Assembly: GCA_010093605.1 (NCBI GenBank)
Contig: MU004202.1
Span: 507,560 to 571,559, forward strand
Reading direction: 5' to 3'
From: Lophium mytilinum
Taxonomy: Eukaryota
DNA length: 64,000 nt
Shown piece by piece: positions 26,655 to 40,689 of this stretch. Positions within the stretch are counted from its first letter, which is position 1, and the number at the start of each line of letters is the position of its first letter. The position numbers and the translations under genes were made by a program. The notes below the pieces were generated by a model. That model was not told where the DNA came from. It searched no databases and saw only the letters and a list, made by a program, of their open reading frames with translations.

Positions 26655-28007
26655 TTTGCCGGGAAGTTAGTGTGATGTTTTGTTCCGGTTCGAGTATCGT
26701 GGACGTGGACGAGTTGCGGTTGCGGTAAACTGGGCGATTGGGGGACGGTGCAGAGTGTGTGATTTTGGGTGATAGGATGTGGTGGAGAGTGTGTGGTGAG
26801 GACTAAGAATCCCGAAAGCGGGAGTTCTTAGGGATTTTATATCCGACCGTGTCGTGAATCAGGCGTGCTTTACCCAGTTAGTGAATGCAGTAGGAGTAAA
26901 ACAAAAACGTTAATAGCAACTTAACGGGCCGCTCTCCTCTCCACGCTTTCCAACTCCATTCACATACACCTCTAATATAGAGCTACCCTTTCGGCATCCG
27001 AAAATACTAGCCGGGGAGGTAGCTTACAAGATGACTTACGAGGAGATACGTACGACTTTTATACGGCATCTCACACAGCTTCTTATACGTCCTTAGATAA
27101 AATTTTGTGCACAGCTCAAGGGAATAGACTAGAGGGTATAATGCGATTGAAGGGTATACAGAAAGCTTCACGGGCGGTCCGACCGTTTTTCGAGCAATGG
27201 CGTTGATATGCGGAGACCTTGGGAGGCGGATGATATGCAGCCGTAGAGAAATGATATACTTCCAGAATAATGAGCGGAAAGGAGAGCCATACTAGAGCTC
27301 AATTCAACCTTTGAAAAAGGCGAGATGCTTGGACGAGGGCTTCTTGGGCCGTTTGGATGCATCCAGGGAGGTTTTCGTACCTATGCAGCTTCGACGAGTG
27401 TATAGCTGTAGTGCAATCGGGAAGAGAGGGTCAGTAGTACAGGCCTTGATAATGATGAACCATCTGCTGTGTCATTTTGATATCCTGCAAAGAGCTTTTC
27501 GGCCCATAACCAGGGCTCGGAATCCATCAACTGAATCAACCGATTAATTGTACTTTGCGAAGTCTTGGCAGATTAAAGGAATCAATCGGCCCCTTTAGAA
27601 GGTTCCATCAGTCAATTGCAACAGGCCTGATTGATTGAAAATTGAATGTGTTGAACTGGTGGTCGTACGTCATAATCTTCCGTGGTGCTAAGGCTCAGAG
27701 GTCTATAATTTCGGCACTCGGCCCCTAATCTCGCTTTTTTTAAAAACCAGCCCGATCTAGCTACCCCGTGCTTCGCTTATTTGCAACTGTGCCGAGGAAT
27801 TATTGTATTCTATATACATAGACTCCTCGTAGATGGCCCGACCGGGTAAGGGAGAGAGAGGGTGCTGCCTGTACGTCCACTACCACCACTAGACTCAAAA
27901 GAGAAGAAAACGAATTAAGAAATTTACCTTGACACCAACTATACGGTGCCAAGGCCTTTAACGTATGCAATCAGTCAATTAATGCAATATAGATGCAATC
28001 AATTCAA

Positions 28008-30095
28008 TCAACCGAGCGCTCTCTTGAGTAAGCTGTCAATCAAATCAACTTCGAGGGCCCCGATTGATTTATTCCGAGCCCTGGTCATACTATGATCATT
28101 TCCCTTGGTTTCGCTCTCGGGTGTTGTAATAATGCGTAGTGAGAACATCGTTTGACCATTTACCTCTTTATCTTCGATTACGGTGCCGATGTTGATGTCC
28201 AACTTTTTATAGACCATTTCGAACTTTGATTGACCAGGATGGGGATTCGGCCTCTCGATATAATCCCACGAGCCAAAGTCCACAGTCAGCGACGTCTCTC
28301 TCTCTCCATCTCCGGAGACCCAATTATCCCAGTGATATCTTCCGCCAGTGATCATGCTCAAGATGTACTGGTCACGACCCGTCATGCCCACTTTGTGTCC
28401 GTAAGATTTAGCTTTGGATTCGTCGAAAGATCTGTACCACAAGAGTTTCCACGCTAATTCGAAATCGTTGAGCACTCTTGGCTTTCCCGATGATCTGAAA
28501 ACTTCCTTAATTCTCCAGTGTTTGATCCTACGTATCTTACGCGTGAACCTTTTCTGTTTGTCCTCATACTCTGTTATCATACGCAGGATGTCCATACCAT
28601 TGTCAAAGTTGCAACGAGGTCTTAGTTGCTTGTCGATGCCGATGAGTAAGACATGCCCTGCATGCCCATGTTCATACTTATATTCATGATCGCGAGCAAG
28701 GTAAATAGCACACACCAGCCCCCGGCGGCAGCGAAGAATCCTGGTTTCCTCGTTCCAGAGGGGGTCCCATAATGGTGGACTAGGAACTACATAGTCCCAT
28801 CCTAGTGGCTTCGGAACTACATGCAACTTGAGACCGTGCTGGGAAAGCTCCACTGGTAGTTCCGGGAAGTGGAATTGAAAGAATCGTTCTTTGGCGACGG
28901 CACCCGCACGTTCGCCTACATATAGATCCGTAGGTTTGAAAACGCCAGAGAGTTCCATAAAGCATGCGCTCGTGGGAATCAGCATGTTTAGCCAGGACCT
29001 ACGGTAAGATCTTCCTCCGCAGTGAAAGAGGTATATGCCGAGGGGTCCTCGGCTATCGGTTTCATCGTGGCAGTTTAGAGCGGCAAGGACGTCATTTTCG
29101 CCTCCTAGAGACGAGACAAACTTTGCAATAGGCAGGGTGATGCGAATGCCTTTATTCGTCATCGAGTATGGGGCTTGGAACGCATCGTCGTCTTTGCCGT
29201 GTTGACCAGATGGAACGATGTGACGAGAATCTGAAAAGTACGCCGGCGAGCTAGCCAACAACCCACTCTGGACAGCGACAAAATTGCCCGCGAAATTTGG
29301 ATCGACTGGTCCTGTCCATGCGAACAACGAATGATCGTCGGATATTTTCATGATCTCTTCTTGAAGTCGAAGGAAAGCTCTATCTCGTTCTCCGTATAGT
29401 AGGGGCATATTGACCCCAAATAGCCCCATCAGAGAGTATGCGAGGTCTTCTATTCTTGTAGTCTCTCTTTGAGAGGCCCATGACATCCTTTTCGCGATGC
29501 TCGATGATTGCGGATCTTCGCCGCCAAGCACTGCTCTGTCGATGCCGGTCTTATCTGAGATGAAAGACGCAAATTCTGATCGGGTTCCCATACGATTCCA
29601 ATTTTTGTCGAAAAAGACTACAGACGATGGTGCAATGAGTTCCTGTAAGGTCCAACCGCGTGTAAACCATCGGCTTTGGGTGAATGGGGCGTCATTCTTT
29701 AGGGAAATGGCCCCATCCGGAGAAGGGGGCACGTCTGCCAAATACGCATAGCATAGGTGGCCCTTGTACCAATGATACATGGAATTGATGGCTTCTGAGA
29801 GTTCGGTGCTGTTGGTTTTGTCGATGCAACAGCTATCGCACCACATGTATTCGAATCCATCTTTTCTAGCTTGCGCGGCGCATGCCGCAATCTTTATGAA
29901 GCCATGCTTTTCTCCCCAGGTGTCTGGTTTTGAGTAATCGTATAGGTGCTCTAGCAAATATATGGAACTTTGCTCCTGCAATTCTTGAAGGGTGAGTTCT
30001 TCATCTCCCCATGTGTGCGAGAGAATTGCGTAGGGTGGAATGTCGTTATTGAAGAAGCTTTCGAGCCTGAAGGTTGAAGTGCGGAGGAGACGCAT
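28008..30095 (-). CDS. HET-domain (heterokaryon incompatibility, PF06985-type) protein with C-terminal extension
   Basis: MRLL..., YAILSHTWGDEE, WCDSCCIDKTNSTELSEAINSMY, SRWFTRGWTLQELIAP, RMSWASQRETTRIEDLAYSLMGLFGVNMPLLYGE. Family-typical start MRLL at 30095; the ORF opens at 30143. Confidence 0.93.
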   Translation of the reverse strand: MRLLRTSTFRLESFFNNDIPPYAILSHTWGDEELTLQELQEQSSIYLLEHLYDYSKPDTWGEKHGFIKIAACAAQARKDGFEYMWCDSCCIDKTNSTELSEAINSMYHWYKGHLCYAYLADVPPSPDGAISLKNDAPFTQSRWFTRGWTLQELIAPSSVVFFDKNWNRMGTRSEFASFISDKTGIDRAVLGGEDPQSSSIAKRMSWASQRETTRIEDLAYSLMGLFGVNMPLLYGERDRAFLRLQEEIMKISDDHSLFAWTGPVDPNFAGNFVAVQSGLLASSPAYFSDSRHIVPSGQHGKDDDAFQAPYSMTNKGIRITLPIAKFVSSLGGENDVLAALNCHDETDSRGPLGIYLFHCGGRSYRRSWLNMLIPTSACFMELSGVFKPTDLYVGERAGAVAKERFFQFHFPELPVELSQHGLKLHVVPKPLGWDYVVPSPPLWDPLWNEETRILRCRRGLVCAIYLARDHEYKYEHGHAGHVLLIGIDKQLRPRCNFDNGMDILRMITEYEDKQKRFTRKIRRIKHWRIKEVFRSSGKPRVLNDFELAWKLLWYRSFDESKAKSYGHKVGMTGRDQYILSMITGGRYHWDNWVSGDGERETSLTVDFGSWDYIERPNPHPGQSKFEMVYKKLDINIGTVIEDKEVNGQTMFSLRIITTPESETKGNDHSMTRARNKSIGALEVDLIDSLLKRALG

Positions 30096-30717
30096 TTTCA
30101 GACGATGGAAATAGCAGGAAACTTGAGGGTCGACGATTGACAATGATGGGATGATTCAAACACAAAATCGACTGTCGCTTGTCGTAATGCCAGCTGCAGA
30201 ACTCACTACAGTGAGTTTTGGCTCAAGGCGAAGCATCAAAAACCGTTTCGGGTGTGCGCAAGAACTCAGCGCGTCTCTCCAGAAGAATTAGGAGATGTCT
30301 ATTTAGTCTCAGTTTCTCTCGTACGACTTGGTAGTGGGAAATAGGCCACGAGGCCGAGGCTGACCTTTAGGGCCTCATCGTCGGGGGCTAAATGTCTTCA
30401 GATGATCATCAGCATCACGTCGAAGTTTCAGTGCCGTTGCGGACAGTATGTCGAGTTCGAGTTCTTTTCTCGGAGGTTAGCCTTCAAGCGGCGATGGCGA
30501 AGGTGTTGCTGAGATGCTTCACAAGGGAGCAAAGTGGCCGTCTTGACCTCGCGACTCTCAGCTGGCTCAGCCTTTGAGCTGCGCCTCCCGATGATCAGGC
30601 TGCAACGCCAAACCTCAACCTTGTGGGATCACATATGTCCCTTATTACTAATCTCAAAATACTTCACGTCAAGTCATTGCTCTCACGCAACATCCTTGAA
30701 AAGTGGTATGTGAGTGT

Positions 30718-30736
30718 ATCACGTGATCTTCACGTG
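30718..30736. promoter_or_regulatory. Tandem E-boxes (ATCACGTGAT palindrome plus a second CACGTG), candidate bHLH/SREBP sites
   Basis: ATCACGTGAT at 30718-30727 and CACGTG at 30731-30736, in the divergent HET/decarboxylase intergenic region. Confidence 0.35.
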
Positions 30737-30758
30737 TCTAAGCTTGTCAGCCTGGGGG

Positions 30759-30977
30759 TTGTTATAGACACGACACAATTCAATTGGGTCACTCTGTTAC
30801 TAAGCAAACAAAAAACAATACCCGGGTACTTATTCCTCCGTCAGCCACCCAGATACGGTAGCGTATAGCCGCAGTAATAGATATATATTTAGCTGCTTAT
30901 AAATAAGTACTCGGGTATTATTTTACGCTTGCTTAGTAACGGAGTATCCCGATTAAATTGTCTTATGTCCGTAATAA
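30759..30977. mobile_element. MITE-like foldback element with 76-bp imperfect inverted arms
   Basis: 30759-30834 aligns without gaps to the reverse complement of 30902-30977; mismatches are mostly transitions; 67-bp spacer. Confidence 0.7.
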
Positions 30978-31449
30978 GGCCCGTCAGACTTCAACAATGT
31001 TGGTACAATTTCATAAAGGTAACGGTCAAGCAAGCTAATTTAACAGCTTCCCAACTCTTCTATGGACCGTGAGGGGTAGCGCGCCTCATGCAGATCAAGA
31101 CAAGGATTCTGCCTTAATCAGCAGCGACCGACACCCACAGCATCCTCAGCATTCGGTCAATCGCAGGATCCAATATCGCAAGTGCCATTACAGAGACTTC
31201 CTGGCGGATTACCAAGCAGTGGTTGTGACTTCACGGTGCATTCACCCATGTGATGGGGCCCTCTAGCGTTCGGTTTGGTGGTGCAGCTCGGGTCGGCCGA
31301 GTACATCCCAATTAGGCAATGCAAGGGCCAGCTGGTATATAGCTTTCCAAACCTCCAAACACAAGCTCTAGAAACTCCTCACTCCACTCGCGTTTCCCTC
31401 ATAGGACCTCACGCAAGTTTCGCGCCCGTAAACTACCAAAGTTCGCAAC

Positions 31450-33686
<2,237 letters not shown>

Positions 33687-33869
33687 GATAGAAAGATCCA
33701 ATATTTGTCCCAACGCCCATCGCAGCAATCGGCTCGAACTTGAAAATCTTAGCCCGTTTCTGCAAGTTAGTATCTCAGTGAAAGTCAACACAATTTGCTT
33801 CTGTGACCCGAATCGAGCGGCGCGGTGAGTAACACGACATAGTTACGAATCTGAGAAAGAATGAGGATG

Positions 33870-36269
33870 TTAGTCTATGTTACCAAACATAGCGTCCCAG
33901 TCTTGCCAATTGACGTTTGGAGAAAAGACATCGTTCGCACTTGATGGATCGTCAAGCTCGCCCGAAACCTCAAGGCCTTGAAGCTCGAGCCCTGGCCAAC
34001 TCATCTGCGGCGTAATACCGCTCTCGACTTCGAAGCGTAGCTGAGTAAGTTGCACCTGCGCGAGCTGCACAACTTGCGCTCGTGTAGGGAGTGTATCCGG
34101 ATTCACACCTGCCTTGATCCATGCCCGCGATCGCAGCCGGATGATCAGATTCCAGGCTTCATGGCCGCCATCTAGTAAGGCCCGCGGCACAAGGTGGTCG
34201 CCCTGCGCACCACTAATTCCTCCGTCAGGACCGCATAAGGAAATAGCCTGATCTATGATAGAACGTGAGTTTTGGGAGTTGGCCCCATTCGGATTGCGTT
34301 CGACTTCTTTGAGTAGTAGGATAATGGCATGGAGTGGTTGGTGATTTCCTGGCCATGACCAGTGCCATCTTTGGAACTCGTGGCATGCAGCCAGACAGAT
34401 GTACTTCAGGAGGAATGACCGACAGTTATGAATGACACTTCACGAAAGTGAGTTATCAGTATAACTTCAAAGCTTGGGATATTGACATACCGAGGAAGTA
34501 AATTGCTCCATGCCCGACTAATTGCTCGGTTCAGAACTGGAGAATGCAGGTACCACCAGTATCGGTCTCCCATGGCCCATAAAGCGAGTTTTGCCCAAGA
34601 ATTCAGCTCGTTGTTGTTCTCATAGAACTCCGTGGTTGTAGATATTGGAATGCGCTTCGCTCTCACTAGTATACGTTCCTGAAAGCTTTCGAGCTCTTGC
34701 TGAGTAGATTTCAAATCGTCAGAAGTGATAGGCTTCGACCCGAACGTTTTGTTCAGCAGTCCTCGTGCAAATACTGCCCATTAGAATCATCAGTACCGAG
34801 TCAGTATCTTCCACAATGATGCTTCATCAGGGTCCGTAAGCTCACTCACAAGTCTCCTCGATCTTGCCACGAGCGAATATGCTTGCTGGCGAGACAATCG
34901 AGTCGGGGTCAAGCACTTTTTGAGGCTGGCAACTTCCTTCTCGCAACCTTTCTTCATATTGTAACGCAGCTACCGTACCTAGCAGCTCGTCGCGCACCTC
35001 GCTCAACATGTTGGTATCCCAAGAGTCACGATCGATGAGCGGAGGAAGACCAGACGCTAATGCAACAAGCACATCGATGCGAAAGACATGCCACCAGACC
35101 CGTCGCCTGACCTCGGCGGCTATTGTCGATATAGACGCTTGGAACAAGGAGGGTTCTCTATTCAATCCAAGCATCTGCGCCACCCGGACTATAACGCCGA
35201 CAAAACTAGCGGTGCTTAACGGCTCTTCCTCGCGCATTGATGTGCTCTGGAGGATGATGTAGGCAGAAAGCGTTTCAACAGTGGCTAATCGTGGGTAATT
35301 CGAGATGCGAAGTGCACGGAAAGCCATCCAGTACAGCTGTAGCATGACCTCCTCGCGATCATAAGAAGCGCAATGGAGATCCCAGTCCGACTGAGTGCAA
35401 ATTAAAGTTCCCGCCCAAAGCGCCGCCAGCACGAGCGGTGTCGCTGAAGTCGCATTCTTCTCTCCGCTTCCCGATTTCAGTTCCCAGTATCGTTCGTACT
35501 CGTTGCGAAAAGAAGGCTCGTGGACGAGTGGGACGATTGCGTGATAGTTCCAGAGGTATGTTTCAAAGAAGAAGTCGCAGCAGTGCTTGGCCGGAAGCTT
35601 CTGCGCATCTCGAGAGGATTGCTTCTCTATAGATGCACGCATAGAGGCAGCCGGAACGGGAGGGGTCGCAAGCAAAACGCCGGTAAGCGAGCCGCTTCTC
35701 CACGGCTGGTCCTCTATCTCTGTGAGTGACATTTGACGATTTAGACCTCTCAGAAGGAACTCTATCTCATTGGCTTCCTGGCATATGTTGGCCCAGAAGC
35801 TCTTGGAGACGTAGCGAGTCTGGCCATCACCCTGGATATCAAACGAACCCTCGTCGTCATCCAGAGATGGGAACCCATGTGGTGTCTGGCGTGCTCGTTT
35901 TGCAGCAGTTACCGGTTCTGAATCTTCAGGAATTACCATATCTGATTCGCGCGTATTTCTCATTGTATGTACCATGTCAGTCAAGGCTTTTAGTTTCTCC
36001 TCTAGACTTCGAATACGCTCAGAAGGTATCGCGACGTTTGCAGATGACGTCCCCCGAGAGTTCGAGACGGTTGGTCCACCACCATGATCGGTGGGTACAA
36101 ATTGGAATACTTGACCTTCCACCACGCCTTCTTCGTACACACAAGTGGTTCCCGGAGTGCTCGCGCAGCGGACACACGTCGGCCTTGTCTGATCGCAGCG
36201 CACTTTTCTTCGTCTGCATTCTCGGCAGGTGTTGGATGACCGCGGACGGCTGCGACCTGGTCCGCTCAT
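33870..36269 (-). CDS. Zn(II)2Cys6 transcription factor with fungal-specific TF (middle homology) domain, 3 exons
   Basis: CRECRRRKVRCDQTRPTCVRC......C.Y; AQMLGLNREP, EVRRRVWWHV; introns 34774-34849 and ~34438-34490; last exon includes WPGNHQPLHA. Probable start MSGPGRS at 36269. Confidence 0.92.
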
Positions 36270-36625
36270 CTTGGAGGCGAGACCACCGTCCGTTCGCTCC
36301 GCCTGTCCCGGTAGAGAAGATGTGCTGTAGACAGGACTGTTCAAGACGATGATGTTGAGGATGAGGAAGTATGATATCAAGGGGTGCCGTTGAGAGGGGA
36401 AAGGCCCGTGCACGTTCCCCACTCTTCATACTTGCCATGCGGCGTTTCCCAAACTGACACTCAGCTACAACGCCCGGGAATCCACACCATATTGAATCTT
36501 GGTAGATCTAGCCTTGATTGTGAGTTGTTAACACCTTGGGTTCTATTTTTATGGCAGCGTAACCGGGCAGGTTAAGGCGACGTAGGAAAGATCCCCGCTG
36601 TGCCGCTAAGGAGTTGGAATTTTGC

Positions 36626-37096
36626 ATTTGTCGGATGCGAAATAGCACGGAATCCTTGGCTAATTTTTTTAAGCTCCGCGTCACATTTTCAAATACCCCC
36701 ACTATAAATTGGAAGCTATAGTCTTATAAAATTTATAGTATACTCTTAGTCTATAGCTTACTTAGGCCCTTTAATTTTAGCCTATAATATGCCTAAAGAG
36801 AGGAGTTATTCTAGTGCAAAGTTAGCCTTAAAAGCTGCTAAGAAGTGCTAAATTAGCGCGATTTGCAACTTATCGCGTCTAATTCTCTCCTACCCTAATT
36901 AAAATAGTTAATATTAAATATTATAAGCTAAAACTTTAAGTAATAGCTTCTTATATCTAGATAAGTAACTTAGGAGTGCTGCACACGTTGCTTAGGTCTG
37001 CGTTGTAGAGCTAGTTTTCGCACTCACAGCATTTTTGTGGCGAGAAAGCTCGAAAAAGTCCGCCAAGAATTCCGTGCTATTTCGCATCCGACAAAT
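36626..37096. mobile_element. Non-autonomous DNA-transposon relic (~470 bp) with terminal inverted repeats and a RIPed core
   Basis: atttgtcggatgcgaaatagcacggaatccttggc (36626-36660) matches the reverse complement of 37062-37096 with one mismatch, and similarity extends to ~60 bp; TpA-rich interior; no clear TSD. Confidence 0.75.
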
Positions 37097-38013
37097 TCTT
37101 CAATCATTCGGCCGAAAATCTTCAAAGCCGATTGGCCATAAAATACGACACGGACTTGGCAGACCTAAGTGCCCAGATGTGCAGGTATTCTAACACAGAA
37201 ACCTCCCCTTGTGCCCCCACAATCCCAGCTCTAATTCTGTAAATGGTTACAAGAAGCGCAACCAACGTCGACTTGCCCCATCTAGTGCTCAATGCGAGCG
37301 AATAACCCCCCTACATGGAGTACCAACCCGATTCTCAAACGGAGCTTCAAGATGCCATCGCTTCCCTATTGGCCCTCCAACAATCCCAGTACGTTCATAA
37401 CTCTTGAGGTACCCCAGTAGGTTCTTGCGGCCGTGTTTTTGCTGTTTTGGTAGTCATCAATGCATAATCAGGCACCGGAGGGGCGTCATACCCCGCTACA
37501 ATACCAGTTTAAATCGCCTTTTCCCGTAATCCAAGAGCGAAGACAGAGTACAGTCAAGCCTCTCAATAGAACTGCAGCATTCTTCTCTTAATTCACATGG
37601 AATTCGCGCCGAAGAGAATGGTATACTTGCACCAGAATGAGATAGTAGGAAGGCAGCCTGGCTAGCTGGTCATAATTCTATCTTCTTTGCATTCTTGGCA
37701 GGGAGAATAAGGAAAGATCCCCGTGCGTCCAGCCGACGGCAACTTTCTTACGGCCGTGATTATGCTAGCCAAGCGTCTATAATCCTGTCGTCAGCTTGGA
37801 TAGGAAACTGAGCTTCAGTTCCTGAGGCTGAGCTCGAATGCTTCTTACCGCCAGTTGATAAGCCGGAATGCTTTGACTTTTGGGTAAAGGATATAAAATC
37901 GCAGCAATATGTATGATAACAGTGTCGGTCAACCATCTAACGACTCTTGGTCAATTGTCTGATCTATGCAAGCAAGAGACACACTTATAATATCGTTGTA
38001 GCTCTTCGTCGTC

Positions 38014-38739
38014 ATGTTGAGAACCGCCCTCACCCTGTTTCTATTAGCGTTTTCTAGCATCCTCTCGTTCGCCCAAACCGTCTGCGCGCAAAACGGCAAC
38101 TTCACAACCTTCAATCCGCCCACTCTTACACCCTTCATCCACATCGATCTCGTCGTAGACCTTCCCGTTAACGCAACCACAATCTGGGGTATCAGCGCTC
38201 GGGTGCCCAACCTTGGAGGTAAGGGTCTTCTTCTTCGACACTTCCTTCTACAACAGAGAGTATAGTTCACTAGCATCCTTGGGATAGGCAACGTTACAGG
38301 GGCACTCTCAGGCGAAGTCTTCCCAATCGGCGCCGCTTTCGAGACACTACCTGAAGCGGGCAACGGCATTTTCAGCGTATGCCCCCTCTCCTCCCTTCTA
38401 CAAAACGCCCAGCTGACAGATCCTCCACAGTTCTATACAAACCAAGTCGCCCTCAATGCCACCTCCTCTGCTTCTCCGACAGCATTCACAAGCATTGTTT
38501 TGAATGTCCAGGCGACGCTCACTTACGCTAACGAAGCCCTCCATGCCTTCGGCGCCGCACAATTCTCTGTCGCTGATCCCGCGTATCTCGATCTAAGTTT
38601 CAAGAGCTTTGTTGCCGAGTTTGAAGCCCCTTCTTACACCGGGAAGGGGAAGCTGGATATCTTTGAGTTGAAGACTGGGGGGAAGAGGGATGGAAGTCCG
38701 ATCTTAGCTTTATTGCCGCCTGGACAGGGGAGCGCGTGA
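38014..38739 (+). CDS. Small secreted protein, possibly DUF3237/UPF0311-like beta-barrel (3 exons)
   Basis: Signal-peptide-like MLRTALTLFLLAFSSILSFAQ; GT-AG introns 38219-38287 and 38377-38430 join the ORFs in frame; TATA-like element ~37891; several N-x-T sequons. Fold call is from recalled motif resemblance only. Confidence 0.75.
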
Positions 38740-39396
38740 TAAAAGATCGAAACTCATTCTGGTTGCCTCTAACTTGCTCACTCAATACCACTGCTGAGAG
38801 TAGTCCGATGTGTACTGCATGAACTTCGACATCGCCCCTAGATCTGGGATATCTTGTGGGGGTACCCCAAGCAGTGGTGAACCACTGTGTCCAAACTTAT
38901 GGCTTGTCACTGCAAGCGAGCCAGGAATGTTTATCGCCTAAGCCTGATAGGTCGAATTAAGATACTCGAAGCACACGCTATCCAGGAGACCGTCCCGAGG
39001 GGTGTGAGATTTGTGGTGGACGAGTCTCAATAATTTAGGGTCATACTCATTTTAAATTTCCATAACCTCTCCATCTCCACCTAGCTCATCATCAAGCATC
39101 CTCTCGCTCGCCACTGTCTGGAATAAACCCACACAAATACCAACCTGTAGGCGCGATGTCAAGTTTGAAGAAGTGTAAAGTAGACCGCCTCTTGACTGAG
39201 CCGCTCCTTACTAGTTAAGCTACCCCTAACAGTGGTGTCAAGTGCGCAGAACTCAAGCGAAGTAGTGATGAATGAGTGGGTCCAGAGTTATGGCCTAGTA
39301 TGTTACATACAACATCCGCAAAGAGCCCCACGCAGACCGACAGTCTGGAACCTTCAAGTCCACGGCGACTACAGTAAGTTCTTACTAATCGAGCTA

Positions 39397-40269
39397 CTAA
39401 TCAAGAATCCCCCCACGCCGAGCCCCCTGGCCTCTCTGCCCCTCGCTGCCCTCATAGCCTACCATAACCCTCACTTTGGGAAAGTCTTGATGTTGTCGCC
39501 GCATGTCTTCAATCATCCTACGAAAGAAAGCCTCAGGCTGGTCTCCGTGATGCCGCTCAAACGCCCCCTGCTTAGTTTTGAGGCATGGAGTCTCCTTCTT
39601 CAGGACCATCCTCAATGACTTCAATTGTCCGAACTTCCTCAGCCCGTCGCAGAACGCCAGCCTACCACCTTGGACGCTGAGGCTCGTTTCGTCGAAGTAT
39701 CCAACTGCCAGGTGGCGGACGCGGTCACGTTGCTCGACGGGAATAGTGGTGGATGTGCTCCAGAAAGCCATGGTCTCCACAGCGTTCGATTTTGTCGCGA
39801 AAGCCTTGCCGGGCAAGTATAGGATCTCGTAATCGTAGTTGAAGTAGATCTGTCTCGGAGCCTCGTTGTCGGACATTGCTAGGGTGAGCAACCGCATTTG
39901 CTTTCCAAAATCCTTCATAACCTCGTTGTGTGCCTCTGTGTTGACAAAGAGGACCCCCGGTTGGCCAGGCCTCACGGTGATGCTGATAGGGCGGGTGGCT
40001 TTCATCAAGTGCGTGTTGGTCTTGACCTGGTATGTGAGAGCGACCCAGCGACGGATGGGCTGCCATTTGGGAGGCGAGGCTGCAAAGCGCCAGATGTTGA
40101 GGCGGAGCTCAGCTGGCAGGACTTGGAACTTGGGGAACGCGGTTGGAGGAGTGGGCGGACGCGGTGCTGCACTCTCCTTCTCGAGTCCTGTGCTGGCGGG
40201 CTGTGGTTTGGCCGCACGAGCCCGGAGCTTCTTGTTCCGGCGATACTTCAACCTCTTCCAGCTCGGCAT
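39397..40269 (-). CDS. 2EXR-family domain protein (290 aa)
   Basis: FPKFQVLPAELRLNIWRFA, PGVLFVNTEAH, IYFNYDYEILY; basic N-terminus (possible nuclear localisation signal). Confidence 0.85.
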   Translation of the reverse strand: MPSWKRLKYRRNKKLRARAAKPQPASTGLEKESAAPRPPTPPTAFPKFQVLPAELRLNIWRFAASPPKWQPIRRWVALTYQVKTNTHLMKATRPISITVRPGQPGVLFVNTEAHNEVMKDFGKQMRLLTLAMSDNEAPRQIYFNYDYEILYLPGKAFATKSNAVETMAFWSTSTTIPVEQRDRVRHLAVGYFDETSLSVQGGRLAFCDGLRKFGQLKSLRMVLKKETPCLKTKQGAFERHHGDQPEAFFRRMIEDMRRQHQDFPKVRVMVGYEGSEGQRGQGARRGGILD

Positions 40270-40689
40270 TGTTGCAGTGATGCGGCGCTGTGGGGTCGGT
40301 TGGGAGGAGAGATATTGAGGTTTCGGCGAGAGGGTGTTGAGTGAAGTTGGTGAGGTTGGAGCAGCAGATTGAAGCCGGACGAGTTCGATCGACTGGCGAG
40401 GTTTGGTTGGTGTCTGTGAGTGACCGACATGTAACAGCCAACTCTGGCTGGCGGCGGGGGTAGTTACACCGAGTTGGAAGTACCACGACTTGGTGTAGCG
40501 GTGGAGGTGAGGAAAATGGTTGCCCTGGAAGATGAAGGGACGGCTCAGTCCTTAAACGAGAGATTGAAGGAGCTGACAAGAAAGTTCATCGGAGTTTCAG
40601 ATGTGGAGTGAACAGAAGACGGCTCGGAGATTCAATTCACCGAGTCTACCACGTGAAATCCGCTTAGGCACTAGCGCCGCTCACTTGGC

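Noticed and set aside
26900..27720. Short ORFs 27168-27362 and 27311-27547 and CAAT-rich motifs
   Set aside because: No recognisable domain, splice model or clean repeat structure.
36270..36422. N-terminal extension of the Zn2Cys6 ORF
   Set aside because: Starts at a non-ATG codon; ATG 36269 sits just before the zinc cluster, as is typical.
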